Shown in pieces: positions 1-11,800 of a stretch of DNA of 64,000 nucleotides. The number at the start of each line of letters is the position of its first letter. Position 1 is the first letter of the stretch. A program made the translations under genes and the position numbers. The stretch comes from an uncultured Fibrobacteria bacterium (lineage in GTDB: Bacteria; Fibrobacterota; Fibrobacteria; UBA11236), in the NCBI GenBank assembly GCA_963716395.1, contig OY970309.1, positions 3,648,001-3,712,000 of the forward strand, in the 5' to 3' direction. Below the pieces are notes generated by a model that saw only the letters and a list, made by a program, of their open reading frames with translations, did not search any database and was not told the origin of the DNA.

Positions 1-690
1 ACCGGCACCGAGGCCGGCAAAACCGCCCTGGCGCTGGCCGTGCTCCTCTGGGCTCGCAGCCGGGGCCTGCGCGCGGGTTATGTCAAATTGGTGCAATGCG
101 GATCACGGCGGCCCGAAAGCGAACCGTTTCTAGGCGACGCGGATTGGATTGCGGCCGCGGTGTCACAGGCGGTGGAAACCGAAGCCGTGTACACCTTTCC
201 CGATCCGGTATCGCCGCATTTGGCCGCCGAGCGCGCCGGCGCGTGGATCGATCCCGATTGGCTGGTGGAGCAAGCCACCGTGGCGGCCCGACGCTGCGAT
301 ATGCTGGTGGTGGAAGGCGCGGGGGGCGCGGCCGCTCCCTTTCGCCGCGAGGGGCTGTCGCTGGCCGACGTGGCGGCCATGGGCCAATGGCCCTGCCTCA
401 TCGCCTGTCCGCCGGGGCTCGGCACCTTGCATCTGACGCGCTCGACCGCGCATTTTCTCTCCGCGCACGGGGCGCCGATGGCCGGCTTCGCCATGTGCCA
501 GCTCAGCCCCGAGATTTCGCATGTGCAGACCGACAACCGCGACACCCTGACCGCGCTGTTGCAGGTTCCCTGCGTGGGGCTTTTGCCGTATTGCCCGGGT
601 CTGGACAGGCGCCTGCCGCTGCCGCCGGCCATGGCGGCATTTTTCGTACAGGCCATGTCCACCGGATTGGCGCAATGGTGGGAGCAATGA
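1..690 (+). CDS. bioD: dethiobiotin synthase (5'-truncated by window edge)
   Basis: Frame open from base 1 reads TGTEAGKT (P-loop); also VEGAGG and GLGTLH motifs; adjacent to bioF. Confidence 0.9.
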   Translation, partial: TGTEAGKTALALAVLLWARSRGLRAGYVKLVQCGSRRPESEPFLGDADWIAAAVSQAVETEAVYTFPDPVSPHLAAERAGAWIDPDWLVEQATVAARRCDMLVVEGAGGAAAPFRREGLSLADVAAMGQWPCLIACPPGLGTLHLTRSTAHFLSAHGAPMAGFAMCQLSPEISHVQTDNRDTLTALLQVPCVGLLPYCPGLDRRLPLPPAMAAFFVQAMSTGLAQWWEQ

Positions 691-1862
691 ACGCCTTCTC
701 CGACGCCCTGGAACAACGCCGCGCGCAAGGGCTGTGGCGTGACTTGACCCCGCTCTTGCACGCACCTGGTAAATACGTCGTGCGCACAGGCGTGACCTGT
801 CTGAACTGCGCCTCCAACAATTACCTCGACCTGGCCGGACATCCCGCCTTGCGGGCCAAGGCCGCGGAGGCGTTGGAAGAAGCCGGCACCGGCAGCGGCG
901 GATCGCGCCTGTTGGGCGGCAATCTTCCCCTGCACGAGCAACTCGAAGCGGCGGTGGCGCGTTACCGGCCCATGGGCCGCGCCCTGCTATTCAACTCGGG
1001 ATTTCAGGCCAACCAGACGGCGGTGTCAGCGTTGGGCGATGCCTTGGGCGGCGTGTTCGCCGACAAACTGGCCCATGCCAGCGTGGCCGAAGGCCTGCGC
1101 AGCCTGTCCGCGCCCTTCCACCGCTTTCGCCACAACGATATGAACCATCTCGAAGCCCTGTTGCAAAAACGCCAGCCGGCGGCGGGCGGGCTGGTAGTCA
1201 CCGAAACCCTGTTCAGCATGGACGGCGACTTCGCGCCCCTGGCCGAATTGGTTGAGTTACAGCGGCGTTACGGGTTCTGGCTCTACCTCGACGAAGCCCA
1301 TTCCACCGGCTGCTATTCCGATTTGCATCTGCAAGGCTTTCAGGGTCAGCCGGATCGGGTGGTGCTGATGGGCACCTTCGGCAAAGCCCTCGGCGGTTTC
1401 GGGGCTTATGTGGTCGGACCTTCCGAAGCCATCGATTTCCTGATCAATTTCGGCCCCGGCTTCATCTTCAGCACGGCCCTGCCGCCCGCCGTGCTTGGGT
1501 CGAATCTCGCGGCCCTGGAATTGGTGCAAAGCCAAGAAGAAGCCTGGCGGCCCGAACGGTTGCATGCGGTGGCGTCCTTGGCCCGCGCAGAATTCCGCCG
1601 CCGCGGTTTCGATCTCGGCTCGGCCGCGGGCCACATTCTGCCGGTGCGCCTGGGCACGCCCGAGCGCGCGGCCCAGGTCGCGGCCCGGCTATTCGACGCA
1701 GGCATTCACGCCCCGGCCGTGCGCCCGCCCACGGTGCCGGCCGGAACCTCGCGGTTACGGGTGAATTTGAGCGCGGCCTTTGTCGACGAAGAAGTAATGC
1801 GGCTCGCCGACGCCTTGGAACAAATCCTGCGCGAGCTCGACGCTGGGGAAACACCCGCGTGA
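687..1862 (+). CDS. bioF: 8-amino-7-oxononanoate synthase
   Basis: SNNYL, GSGGSRLLGG, LFSMDGD, LDEAH, GTFGKALG (PLP lysine), AVRPPTVP; ATG at 687 overlaps bioD stop. Confidence 0.95.
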   Translation: MNAFSDALEQRRAQGLWRDLTPLLHAPGKYVVRTGVTCLNCASNNYLDLAGHPALRAKAAEALEEAGTGSGGSRLLGGNLPLHEQLEAAVARYRPMGRALLFNSGFQANQTAVSALGDALGGVFADKLAHASVAEGLRSLSAPFHRFRHNDMNHLEALLQKRQPAAGGLVVTETLFSMDGDFAPLAELVELQRRYGFWLYLDEAHSTGCYSDLHLQGFQGQPDRVVLMGTFGKALGGFGAYVVGPSEAIDFLINFGPGFIFSTALPPAVLGSNLAALELVQSQEEAWRPERLHAVASLARAEFRRRGFDLGSAAGHILPVRLGTPERAAQVAARLFDAGIHAPAVRPPTVPAGTSRLRVNLSAAFVDEEVMRLADALEQILRELDAGETPA

Positions 1863-2536
1863 CCCCGGTCGTGCACTGGCTGGGGGGCTGGGCCTCTTCG
1901 CTGCGCTGCTGGGAACCGCAATTGCGCGAACTCTATCCCGGCTGCGAACACCGCTTCGTCGACGCCCATGCCGCGCTCCGCCAAACGCCGGCGGATTTGG
2001 GTTGGCTAGAACTGCCGCCGGGCCATGCGGTGACGGCCTGGTCCATGGGTTCGCTGGTGGCGCATCGTTGGATGGCCGCAGGGCATTGGCCGTACGGCCT
2101 GCCGCTGCTTTCGCAGGCCCCGATTTTCGACTTCACAGCCGGCGGCTACGGCGAACCCACCGTGTTGCGCATGGAAGAAAAACTCGCGCGCGAACGCGAA
2201 GCCGTGCTGCGCGATTTCTGGCGGCGCATGCCGCGCGCGCGGGAAATTCCCGCGGCCTGGGAAGAGGCCTGGATTGCCTTCACGCGCGATTATGCCCACG
2301 AAGAATTATCGGATGGTCTGAAGTTTTTGCGACAGACCCGCATCGACCCGGAGGAATTGCGCCCGCCGGCGCGCTGGGAAATCGTGGTCGGCGAGAATGA
2401 CCGGCTCGCACCGCCGGGCGAGTGGACGGCGCATTTGCCGGCGGGGACGGGCCTGCACCACTATCCCGGCGGCCATCTGCCGTTTTGGGAAGCCCCGGAT
2501 TTGGTGCGTGATTGTCTGCAGCGACTGACGGCCTAG
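1859..2536 (+). CDS. alpha/beta hydrolase, probable pimeloyl-ACP methyl ester esterase (BioH/BioG-like)
   Basis: GW oxyanion motif, AWSMG nucleophile elbow, C-terminal GHLPF; located in bio operon. Confidence 0.7.
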   Translation: MTPVVHWLGGWASSLRCWEPQLRELYPGCEHRFVDAHAALRQTPADLGWLELPPGHAVTAWSMGSLVAHRWMAAGHWPYGLPLLSQAPIFDFTAGGYGEPTVLRMEEKLAREREAVLRDFWRRMPRAREIPAAWEEAWIAFTRDYAHEELSDGLKFLRQTRIDPEELRPPARWEIVVGENDRLAPPGEWTAHLPAGTGLHHYPGGHLPFWEAPDLVRDCLQRLTA

Positions 2537-2571
2537 ACGCTATCTCCCTCCACCTTTATCGGACAGCCGCC

Positions 2572-2614
2572 GCGCCCTTCGACCGGTTCGACAGGCTCAC
2601 CGACCGAAGGGCGC
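2572..2614. repeat. REP-like inverted repeat/hairpin
   Basis: GCGCCCTTCG (2572-2581) and CGAAGGGCGC (2605-2614) enclose GGTTCGACAGGCTCACC. Confidence 0.5.
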
Positions 2615-2850
2615 AGCGTGTAAGCCCGGTTCCCCTTGTCGCGGGCGGTCGAACCTGCCGGCTGAATCGGCCAACTTCGTTTTCCTACCGCCCAATGACG
2701 GAAAGTATTTCTCGCCAACCGCCATCCCCTGCACTTCCCCGGAACCACGGCCCCGTCGCATCCCAATCCCAAACGATGACCCTCTTCCAGACCGCGGTGG
2801 GATTCGAGCCGGACGGTGGCGAGCTACATTTTCCCTTTTGCCGAACGCCT

Positions 2851-3255
2851 ATGCCCGGAACTTCCCAAGCCGTCACCAATGGACAGGAGCTGCAAAAGGC
2901 CGTGATGGCAACCGCCGCGGCGCTGGGGTTGGGCGTCGCGGCCGAGGTCAAGGTGGGCCGCCGCATTTGGGGCGCGCAGCGCTACATCGACGTGGTGGTG
3001 ACCGAACCGTCCGCCTTCGGCGGAAAGCGCAAGCTGGGTTTGGAATGCAAGTACCAAGGTACAGCCGGTACGGCCGAAGAAAAAATTCCCGCGACGCTCT
3101 CAGACATCAAAGCCTGGCCCATCCGCGGCCTGGTGGTGTTCGCCGGACCCGGATTCTCGCACAACATGCGCGGCTATCTGATCTCCACCGGGGCGGCGGT
3201 AGAGTTCGATGACTTGGCGGATTGGCTCAAACTTTATTTTTCCGTGGAAGCATGA
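2851..3255 (+). CDS. small PD-(D/E)XK nuclease, putative restriction endonuclease (start uncertain; ORF open to 2512)
   Basis: RYIDVVV...LGLECKYQGTAGTAEEKIP fits a D...ExK nuclease motif; stop overlaps the methyltransferase start (ATGA). Confidence 0.7.
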   Translation: MPGTSQAVTNGQELQKAVMATAAALGLGVAAEVKVGRRIWGAQRYIDVVVTEPSAFGGKRKLGLECKYQGTAGTAEEKIPATLSDIKAWPIRGLVVFAGPGFSHNMRGYLISTGAAVEFDDLADWLKLYFSVEA

Positions 3256-4088
3256 TTCGAGTTGCCGCGCCGCCGCTCATGCGGCCCAAACCGTTTTTGA
3301 AATGGGCCGGAGGCAAGCGCCAGTTGCTCGACACTTTACTGCAAGGCCTACCCGAATTCGACGCCTACCATGAACCCTTTCTCGGCGGCGGCGCCTTGTT
3401 TTTCGAACTCGCGGCGCGCGGCCGCATCCGGCGCGCCACTCTTTCCGATTTGAATCCGGAATTGATCCACGCTTACGTCGCCGTACAAAACCAGGTCGAA
3501 AAATTAATCGTTGCCTTGCGCCGGCATGCGCACAAGCATAGTGAAGCCCATTTTTACCAGGTACGCGACCGCAACCCCAACCGCCTGCAACCGGTCGCGC
3601 GCGCGGCGCGCCTCATCTACCTCAACAAAACCTGCTACAACGGCTTGTACCGCGTGAATTCGCAAGGCGGTTTCAACGTGCCATTCGGACGTTACCAGAA
3701 TCCTTTGATTTGCGACGCCGAAAACCTGCGCGCCTGCTCCCGCGTCCTGCAAGGGGTAACCTTGGAATGTCGTGCGTTCGAAACTGTGCGGGACATCGCG
3801 CGCAAGGACGATCTCGTGTATTTCGATCCCCCCTATTATCCCGTGTCGAAAACCGCGAACTTCGCGGCCTATGAAAAAAGCGGCTTCGGCGCCGACGCGC
3901 ATCAACGGCTGAAAGCGACCTTCGACCTGCTGGCGCAACGCGGATGTTACGTGCTGCTTTCCAATTCGCATTGCGCCTTCACGTGCGCGTTGTTCCCGGG
4001 CGCGAAAACCGTGCGCGCCAACCGCGCCGTGAATTCCCAAGGGGCGGGACGCGGTCCGGTGAACGAAATTCTCCTGCGGAATTTTTGA
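3252..4088 (+). CDS. DNA adenine N6-methyltransferase, Dam/D12 (alpha) family
   Basis: KPFLKWAGGK, EPFLGGGALFF (SAM binding), YNGLYRVN, YFDPPY catalytic motif, LLSNS. Confidence 0.93.
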   Translation: MIRVAAPPLMRPKPFLKWAGGKRQLLDTLLQGLPEFDAYHEPFLGGGALFFELAARGRIRRATLSDLNPELIHAYVAVQNQVEKLIVALRRHAHKHSEAHFYQVRDRNPNRLQPVARAARLIYLNKTCYNGLYRVNSQGGFNVPFGRYQNPLICDAENLRACSRVLQGVTLECRAFETVRDIARKDDLVYFDPPYYPVSKTANFAAYEKSGFGADAHQRLKATFDLLAQRGCYVLLSNSHCAFTCALFPGAKTVRANRAVNSQGAGRGPVNEILLRNF

Positions 4089-4903
4089 AGGAGCCGGCCA
4101 CGCCCTCGTTCCACGCCCTCCGCTTCGGCCGCGCCGCCGCCGGCTACGAAGACGCGGCGCATATCCAAGCGCGCATGGCGGACAAACTTTCCGCCTTAGG
4201 CGGACTCGGCGACAGCGGCGCGCCCTTCCGCATCTTGGAATTCGGGTGCGGTACGGGATTGTTGACCCGGCGCCTACGGCAACGCTTTCCCGCGGCGGCG
4301 CTGCTCGCCACCGACGCTTCCGCAGCCATGCTGACCCAAGCCCGGCAAAACGCTTCGGTTCTCCCCTCGCCCCTGCTCGCCTTTGTGTTGCAGGACGCAT
4401 CGGGAGCCAGGCCTCCGACGCCGGAGGTGCAGCGTCAGGCGCCGGTGGATCTCGCCGCCTCCAACGCCCTGGTGCAATGGCTGCCCGATTTGAGCCGGCA
4501 CCTGGATTGGGTGGCCGGCCTGTGCGCGCCGCACGGCCACTATCTCGTTTCCGGATTTAGCCGCGACAATTTTAACGAATTGAATTCCTGCCTGTCCCGA
4601 CCGCCGTTTTCCTACCGCGAATTCCCCGGCCACGATCCGGAAGAGGTGCGGCGGGCCGCGACGGAAGCGGGGTGGCAGGTAGCCAGTTTCGAGGCCTGGG
4701 AAGAAATCGAAATTGTGGCCTCGCCTCTCGCAGCCCTGCGCCGCATCCAACGGCTCGGGTCAACGCGCGATCCACACACGGGCGGCCGCCTGACGCGCCG
4801 CAATCTGAAGAGCTTGCTCGCCGACTATGCCGATCGCTTTTCCGCCCCCGGCGGCGTCTCGCTGACCTGGCGGCCCTGGGTCGCCCACCTGCAACGCGGA
4901 TAA
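4085..4903 (+). CDS. bioC: SAM-dependent methyltransferase, malonyl-ACP O-methyltransferase BioC-like
   Basis: FGRAAAGYEDAAHIQ, LEFGCGTG, SNALVQW; TTG start overlaps the MTase stop; bio operon context. Confidence 0.8.
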   Translation: MKEPATPSFHALRFGRAAAGYEDAAHIQARMADKLSALGGLGDSGAPFRILEFGCGTGLLTRRLRQRFPAAALLATDASAAMLTQARQNASVLPSPLLAFVLQDASGARPPTPEVQRQAPVDLAASNALVQWLPDLSRHLDWVAGLCAPHGHYLVSGFSRDNFNELNSCLSRPPFSYREFPGHDPEEVRRAATEAGWQVASFEAWEEIEIVASPLAALRRIQRLGSTRDPHTGGRLTRRNLKSLLADYADRFSAPGGVSLTWRPWVAHLQRG

Positions 4904-4913
4904 CCTTCCCGCG

Positions 4914-5858
<945 letters not shown>

Positions 5859-5862
<4 letters not shown>

Positions 5863-6677
5863 GACGCACTCCTTTTTTTTCGGGCCCCGGCCGGGCCCGA
5901 CAATAAATAGTTGATGCCGATCAAAGTCAAGTCGGGCTCGAAGCGCTGGATGGCCCGCGTGCGGCCGCGCAGCCAATCGGCCAAGCCTCCGGTGGCCAGC
6001 ACGGTGGCCCGCGGGCCCAAGTCGCACTCGCGCCGCACCTCGGCGAGCAGCCGCTCGATCATACCCACGGTGCCATGCAAGATGCCGATGCGCAAGGCGT
6101 CATCGGTGTTGCGGCCCACCGCGCCTTCGGGCCAGCGCAATTCCGCTTCGGTGAGCTTGGCCGCATTCTGCACCAACGACCGCATCGACGTCTGGATGCC
6201 GGGGCAAATGATTCCGCCGAAATAGGCGTGGTCGGCGAAAACGTCGAAGGTGGTGGCCGTGCCGAAGTCGATGACCACGCCGGCCTTGATTCCCAGGGCT
6301 TCGGCGCCGAGCACGTTGGCCAGCCGGTCGGCCCCGATTTGCCGGGGTACTTCGTAGTCGAGACGCAATCCGCGGCAATGGCGGTAGTCGAGGAGTTGCG
6401 GTTCCGCCCCGAACACTTCGCGCAGGCCCGCCAACCAGGAGGGATCCAAAGCCGGAACCACCGAGGCCAGGCCGGCCGCGCCCACGCGGCGCATTTCGGG
6501 AGCCGCCAACCCGCGCAGCCAGAGGGCGATTTCGTCGACCGTGGCGTCGGGCCGCGTGGCGAAGCGCCAGCGTTTGCGGATGGCCGCGCCGCGGAACAGG
6601 CCCAGCACGGTTTGCGTGTTGCCGATATCCACCGCCAGGCGGAAATCGCCGGTGACCTTGGAGTTACGCCCGGCCAT
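5859..6677 (-). CDS. coaX: type III pantothenate kinase
   Basis: [34 protein letters not shown] motifs. Confidence 0.93.
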
Positions 6678-7575
6678 GCCGCCCCGCTGGCGATTCCGCC
6701 GCCGCCCCGATTTTGAGCGACAGGTCCAAGGCCGGCGCGCTATGCGTCATGGCCCCCACCGAAATCGCCTGCAAGCCGATGCCCCGCAGCTTGCGCACGC
6801 GATCCAAATCCATGCCCCCGCTGGCTTCGAGGCGCAACTGCGGCGCGGCTGCGCGCGCGCGTTGCACGGCCCGGCGCAAATCGGCGTCGCTGAAATTGTC
6901 GAGCAAAACCGTGTCGAGGGGCGCATCCAGCAAGGTTTCCAACTCGGCGAGATTGCGCACTTCGGCTTCGATGGGATAGGTGCGGCTGTAGCGCTTCACC
7001 ACCCGATCCACGGCGGCGCGCACCGATCCGCAGGCCGCGGCGTGGTTGTCTTTGATCAAAACCTGATCAAACAAACCCCGGCGATGGTTGGCGCCCCCGC
7101 CCACGGCCACGGCGTACTTTTCCAGCGCCCGGTAGCCGGGCAAGGTCTTGCGCGTGTCGAGCACCTGGGTCGCGGTGCCGGCCACGGCTTCGGCGAAGCG
7201 GTGGGCGGCAGTGGCGATGCCGCACAGGTGCTGGAGGAAATTCAGCAGAATGCGTTCGCACACCAGGATTCCCCGCGTTTCGCCTTCGAAGCGCGCCAAC
7301 ACTTCGCCCGGATGAATGGCGTCGCCCTCGGCCGCCCGCCATTCCACCCGCGGGGCCAAGCCGCGAAAGCGGAACACGGCTTCGACCAACGGGGCTCCGG
7401 CCAAAACACCCTCCGCCTTGCACAGCAACGTGGCATAGCTGCGGTGCTGCGGATCGATGGTGGCTTCCGACGTCACGTCGCCCGCGCCTTCATCTTCGGC
7501 GAAAGCCAGGGGCAGCAAAGCCTGCAGGGCCTTCATGGGAAACAAGGGAAGGGAGCGGTCCGTCGCTGAAGACAT
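6664..7575 (-). CDS. nadC: nicotinate-nucleotide diphosphorylase (carboxylating)
   Basis: ERILLN, DTRKTLPG, NHRRGL, LIKDNH, LLDNF, EASGG, ISVGAMTHS. Confidence 0.95.
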   Translation of the reverse strand: MSSATDRSLPLFPMKALQALLPLAFAEDEGAGDVTSEATIDPQHRSYATLLCKAEGVLAGAPLVEAVFRFRGLAPRVEWRAAEGDAIHPGEVLARFEGETRGILVCERILLNFLQHLCGIATAAHRFAEAVAGTATQVLDTRKTLPGYRALEKYAVAVGGGANHRRGLFDQVLIKDNHAAACGSVRAAVDRVVKRYSRTYPIEAEVRNLAELETLLDAPLDTVLLDNFSDADLRRAVQRARAAAPQLRLEASGGMDLDRVRKLRGIGLQAISVGAMTHSAPALDLSLKIGAAAESPAGRHGRA

Positions 7576-7601
7576 GTTTATTTCGCCGGGACCGGCACTC
7601 C

Positions 7602-8867
7602 TTAGGGATGCAATTCTTTTTCCACCATGTCGCGGTTGCGGCGCACCTTGGCCGCCACCGGGGCGTCGGGAAAATTGAAAAGGCAACTATCGAGCGCGGC
7701 CACGCTTTGCCGCAATCCGCGCACGCGCGCGGAATCATCGGCGGCTTTGCGCGCAGCGGCATAGGAGGAGGCCGCGGCCGCGCGCCGCTCTTCGCAATAG
7801 CGATCGCCCAAGGTTTGCCGGCGCTGCTTCACCCAATCGGCGCCGGCCTGATCCGAAACCGATTCGAGCACGCGCAGGGCTTCGAGGTAACTTCCATGCG
7901 ACGCCAGCGTGTCGACGCGGTTCTTGGCGTCCAGCAACACCGAATCGGGCAGGGCCGGCGACGCGCCGGCCGGAGCCGCAGCCGCGGAGGTATGCACGGA
8001 GGTATCCGGAGCGGTCGGAGCCGCGGGCGTCGCAAGTGAAGCCGGCGCGGAATTCGCTGGAGCCGGAACCAGGGCCGCGCCCGTCGTATCGGCGGGGACC
8101 GTCGCCGACGGCACCGGCAAGCCGCCCCGGAGTTTATCGCGCTCCCAACTGCGGTTGGCGAGTTTCTTCATCTCGCGGCGCAGACGGTCGTCCGAAATCA
8201 CGGGTAACAGCGCGTTCACCTGGTTGACGATTTGGTCATGCGGAGCGCCCTGCATATAGCTCTCGTGCAAATGCCGCAGACGCTGCTTGACTTCGTCGGG
8301 CAGCGGGCTTTGCAAAGCGTCGGCCAAAGCCAGACACCACCCCGCATCTTCGACCAGGCTGGATAATTCCAGGCGGTGCCGTTCGATTTCATGCGCGCGG
8401 TCCGTGGCCGCCTGCCAATCGCCATCGGCGCCGGCCTTGAGCATGGCCCGCGACAATTGCTCGATCATTTCCTGCACGGTAACCTTCTCGCCGCCGGGCA
8501 GGATAAACACCTTCTGGTCGCGCCCGTGATCGCGCACGCCGCCATGCCGCAACAGATATTCCAACTGATCATAGGCGTTGCGGCTGCGGCGCAGGGTTTC
8601 CCGGTCGGCGGGTGGAATAGCGCCCGCGTCGATTTGCAATTGGCGGTATCCCAGCATCAGGTCGAGCACCAGCGAGTCTTCCAAGGTGTGCAGGGTCGGC
8701 CGCAGGTTTTCCAGATCCGCTTTCTGCTGCCCGACCTGGGACGAAGTCGGACTGGAAGAGGGCGACGGACCGAGACTCGCGCACCCCCAGAAAAACACCG
8801 CAACTGCAAACGGGGCCGGTCCGCACAGACGGAAAAGTTTCTTCCCGATCATTCTTCGCGTATCCAT
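7602..8867 (-). CDS. hypothetical lipoprotein with helical domains and Pro/Ala-rich linker
   Basis: Basic N-terminus, hydrophobic stretch and FWG-C lipobox-like site; start overlaps the PBP stop region. Confidence 0.6.
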   Translation of the reverse strand: MDTRRMIGKKLFRLCGPAPFAVAVFFWGCASLGPSPSSSPTSSQVGQQKADLENLRPTLHTLEDSLVLDLMLGYRQLQIDAGAIPPADRETLRRSRNAYDQLEYLLRHGGVRDHGRDQKVFILPGGEKVTVQEMIEQLSRAMLKAGADGDWQAATDRAHEIERHRLELSSLVEDAGWCLALADALQSPLPDEVKQRLRHLHESYMQGAPHDQIVNQVNALLPVISDDRLRREMKKLANRSWERDKLRGGLPVPSATVPADTTGAALVPAPANSAPASLATPAAPTAPDTSVHTSAAAAPAGASPALPDSVLLDAKNRVDTLASHGSYLEALRVLESVSDQAGADWVKQRRQTLGDRYCEERRAAAASSYAAARKAADDSARVRGLRQSVAALDSCLFNFPDAPVAAKVRRNRDMVEKELHP

Positions 8868-11800
8868 ACCGAAGCCGCTGCGGGGTTTTTCCCCGAAGTT
8901 TCTCCCGGGCCCAATTCATCGGAAACGTCTTCGGAATAATTGGTGGTAGCCGCGGAGTCGGCCGGCGCAGCCAAGGGTAGGCCGGTGCGGCGCGACACCC
9001 AAACGCGGTGGTATTGTTCGCGATCGAACCAGGGCGGTTGGCCGCTGGCGATGGTTTCCAGATCCAGCGTATCGACCCGGGTCGAATAATCTTCGAGCTT
9101 GACCATAGTTTGCGCCAAGGCCAACCAGGCCGGAACCGCGACCCAGGCGCCGGTGCCGCGAAATCCGGGATGGGTCATAGGGGCGTTGTCATCAAAACCC
9201 GTGTACACGCCCAAAGTGTAACCCGCCGCGGGATCGAAACCCTTTCCGGGGGCTTCGGGGGCGGCGATGAACCCGAGAAAAGCGCCGTTGCGGTAATCGT
9301 TGGTGGTGCCGGTTTTGCCGAAAGCCGGAACCGGCACCTCGGCCACGCTGGCGCCGCTGCCCAGCGGCATGCGCAATTCACGCCCAATGCGTTGACCGGT
9401 TCCGCCTTCCACCACCGAACCTAAGATAGCTTCGAGTTCGTAGCGCGTGCGATCCGAGATCACCGGCATGGGCTGGGCCGTATCCTGAAAAATCACCTGG
9501 CCTTCGGCCGTGGTGATGCGGTCGATATACAGTTGCGGCTGCCCGAAACGGGTGCGGTAGACGCAGCCATCCTGGAAAACCTGATACGCGTTGATCAACT
9601 CGCCCAACGTCACGACGTTGACTCCCAACGGATAAGACAGCACCGGATCGAGGGTGGAGGTGAGTCCCAGCTTGTGGCTGAAAGCCACGATATAGCGCAA
9701 GGCGGCCATGGCGCGAAAATCCGGAGAAGCGAACAGGTTTTCCTTGGTGTAGCGCGCCGCCGCAGGCACCCCGGTATCGCCCACGTGCAGGGAATCGGAA
9801 ACGCGTTGCAGCGTTTCCATGGTGATCTCGCCCTGCACCAACAGCGAGTCTTCGGCAGGCAGCGGGGTGGCGTCGCGCGGAACGGTTTTCCACTCGGCGT
9901 CGGGCAGGCGGGTGAAAATTCCCAGGCGCCCGTCGGAACTCCGGCGCGCCAGCACCATCTGCTCGTTCTCGGGGTAACCCCGGCGCCACTCCATGGCGCA
10001 GTCGACGAAGTCGAGGTAGCTGCGCTGCAGCAATTGCAAACGGATTGCATCTTCGGGATCACGCGAACCCTCGTACTTCTGGCGTTCGCGCGCAAAACCC
10101 GCTCCGTAAGGCAGCGAGCGTAGCTGATCAGCCTCTTGCAGGCGGCCTTCGAAGGTCAAATCGATGGCGAGGTCGTTGACGATTTGATGGTAGCGCAATT
10201 CGCGCAAATGCTCGTCGTCGAGTACCAGGCCCAGCGAATCGCGCACGAATACGGCGAAGTCGCCCTGCATGGCGAAACTCTCGGGCGCCAGGTGAATGCC
10301 GCGGCATTCCTGCCAGAAACGGGCGAAGTCGGTTTTGTCGAAAAGGTGGAAGAGCAGATAGACGCTGGCGATGTTTTCCGAGCGGCGTCCGGCCCAGGCC
10401 AGACTCACTGTGTCTTCGGGCGGATGATCGGGTTTCGGGAAATAGAACAGATCGCCCAGACGGAAATATTGGCGGTGATTCGGCAGCGGGTCGAAGGGTT
10501 TCCACCCCAATCCCAAAGCGGCGGCGTACACCAAGGGTTTGAACGAAGATCCGAATTGGCGCTTGGCCTGGTTGACGCGATCATAGCCGGTGTTGCCAAA
10601 GCCTCCCACGTTGGCCAGCACCTTGCCGTCTTGCAACACCTGCGCCGCGCCCTGTAATTCGGGCTTTTGCGCCAGATCCAATTCGGCGGCCAAATCCACT
10701 TTGCCCGAAGCCATTTCTTCCGGGGTATGGTAGGGCACCCCGCACAGCACGGTTTGTCCGGGCTGCAAATATTGCGCAGCAAAATTCTGCATGGCTTTTT
10801 TCGCTGGCAGCCCGGCATAGGCCGTGGATTGATGTCGGTTCCATTGCTGAAAAAAAGTTTCCAGCGCCGCTTGCGGCACGGCGCCCGTGAGCGCGCCGAA
10901 GCGCACGTGCAGCGCGTAGGGAGTGCCCCGCTGCCATTCGAGATCCATCACCCGGCCGGTGTAAAACGCGCCGGGCGCAAAACGGGTCAGCAGATCGGGG
11001 GTACTGTCGCGGGGAGGATGATACCCCCGCAGCATCAAATCCAGCTTCCACAAATTGGAGTACACCGCGTATTCGGTAGCGCGCTGGATGTCGGGATTCA
11101 AGGTGGTGTAGATGCGCAGGCCTGCGGTCATATAATCGTCGACATCGTATTGCTGCAGCACGGCCTGCATTTGCGGGTTGTCGAGCAGATGCTTGACCTT
11201 GACGATGTTGGTGGAAAGCCCGTAGCGGAAGGCTCCGCGCCGGAACACCAAAGTTTGCGATACGGCCGCGCGGTAGGCGCTGTCGGAAATCTTTCCCTGG
11301 TTGCGCATTTGCTTCAGCACATAGGCGATGCGGTAGCGGCCGCGCCGCAAGGCCGCCTGGCGTTTCTCCGCGGTTTCCTGTATGAAGGGATTGTACTGGT
11401 TCGGACCTTTCACCGAACCCGCGATAAAGGCGCATTCGAGCAGATTGAGATCGCGTAAATCCTTATTGAAGAAATAGCGCGCCGCAATGCGCACGCCGTG
11501 GCCGTTGCCCGCCACGTAAAACTGGTTCAGGTAAAATTCGAGGATTTCCTGTTTGCTGAAATGCCGTTCCAGACGGTAGGCGTTGATCAGTTCCTGCACC
11601 TTGCCCAACAGATTGCGGCCGCTGCGGCCGAAAAGATTCTTGGCGGTTTGTTGGGTCAGCGAACTGCCGCCGCGGCGCAGGCTTCCCGATTTGAGGTCAT
11701 CCAGGGCGGCCAGCAAGATGCCTTTGAAATCAACGGGGCCGTGTTCCCAAAAGCCGTGATCTTCGGCGGCGATCAAGGCATTGACCAGCAGCGGCGGAAT

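Noticed and set aside
96-686. Apparent N-terminal extension of BioF (588-aa ORF), suggesting a fusion
   Set aside because: It overlaps bioD in another frame; the real start is the ATG at 687.
2556-2582. sigma28-like TCGA-N15-TCCGATAA on the minus strand
   Set aside because: It points antisense into the bioH-like gene with no plausible downstream gene; likely chance or a relic.
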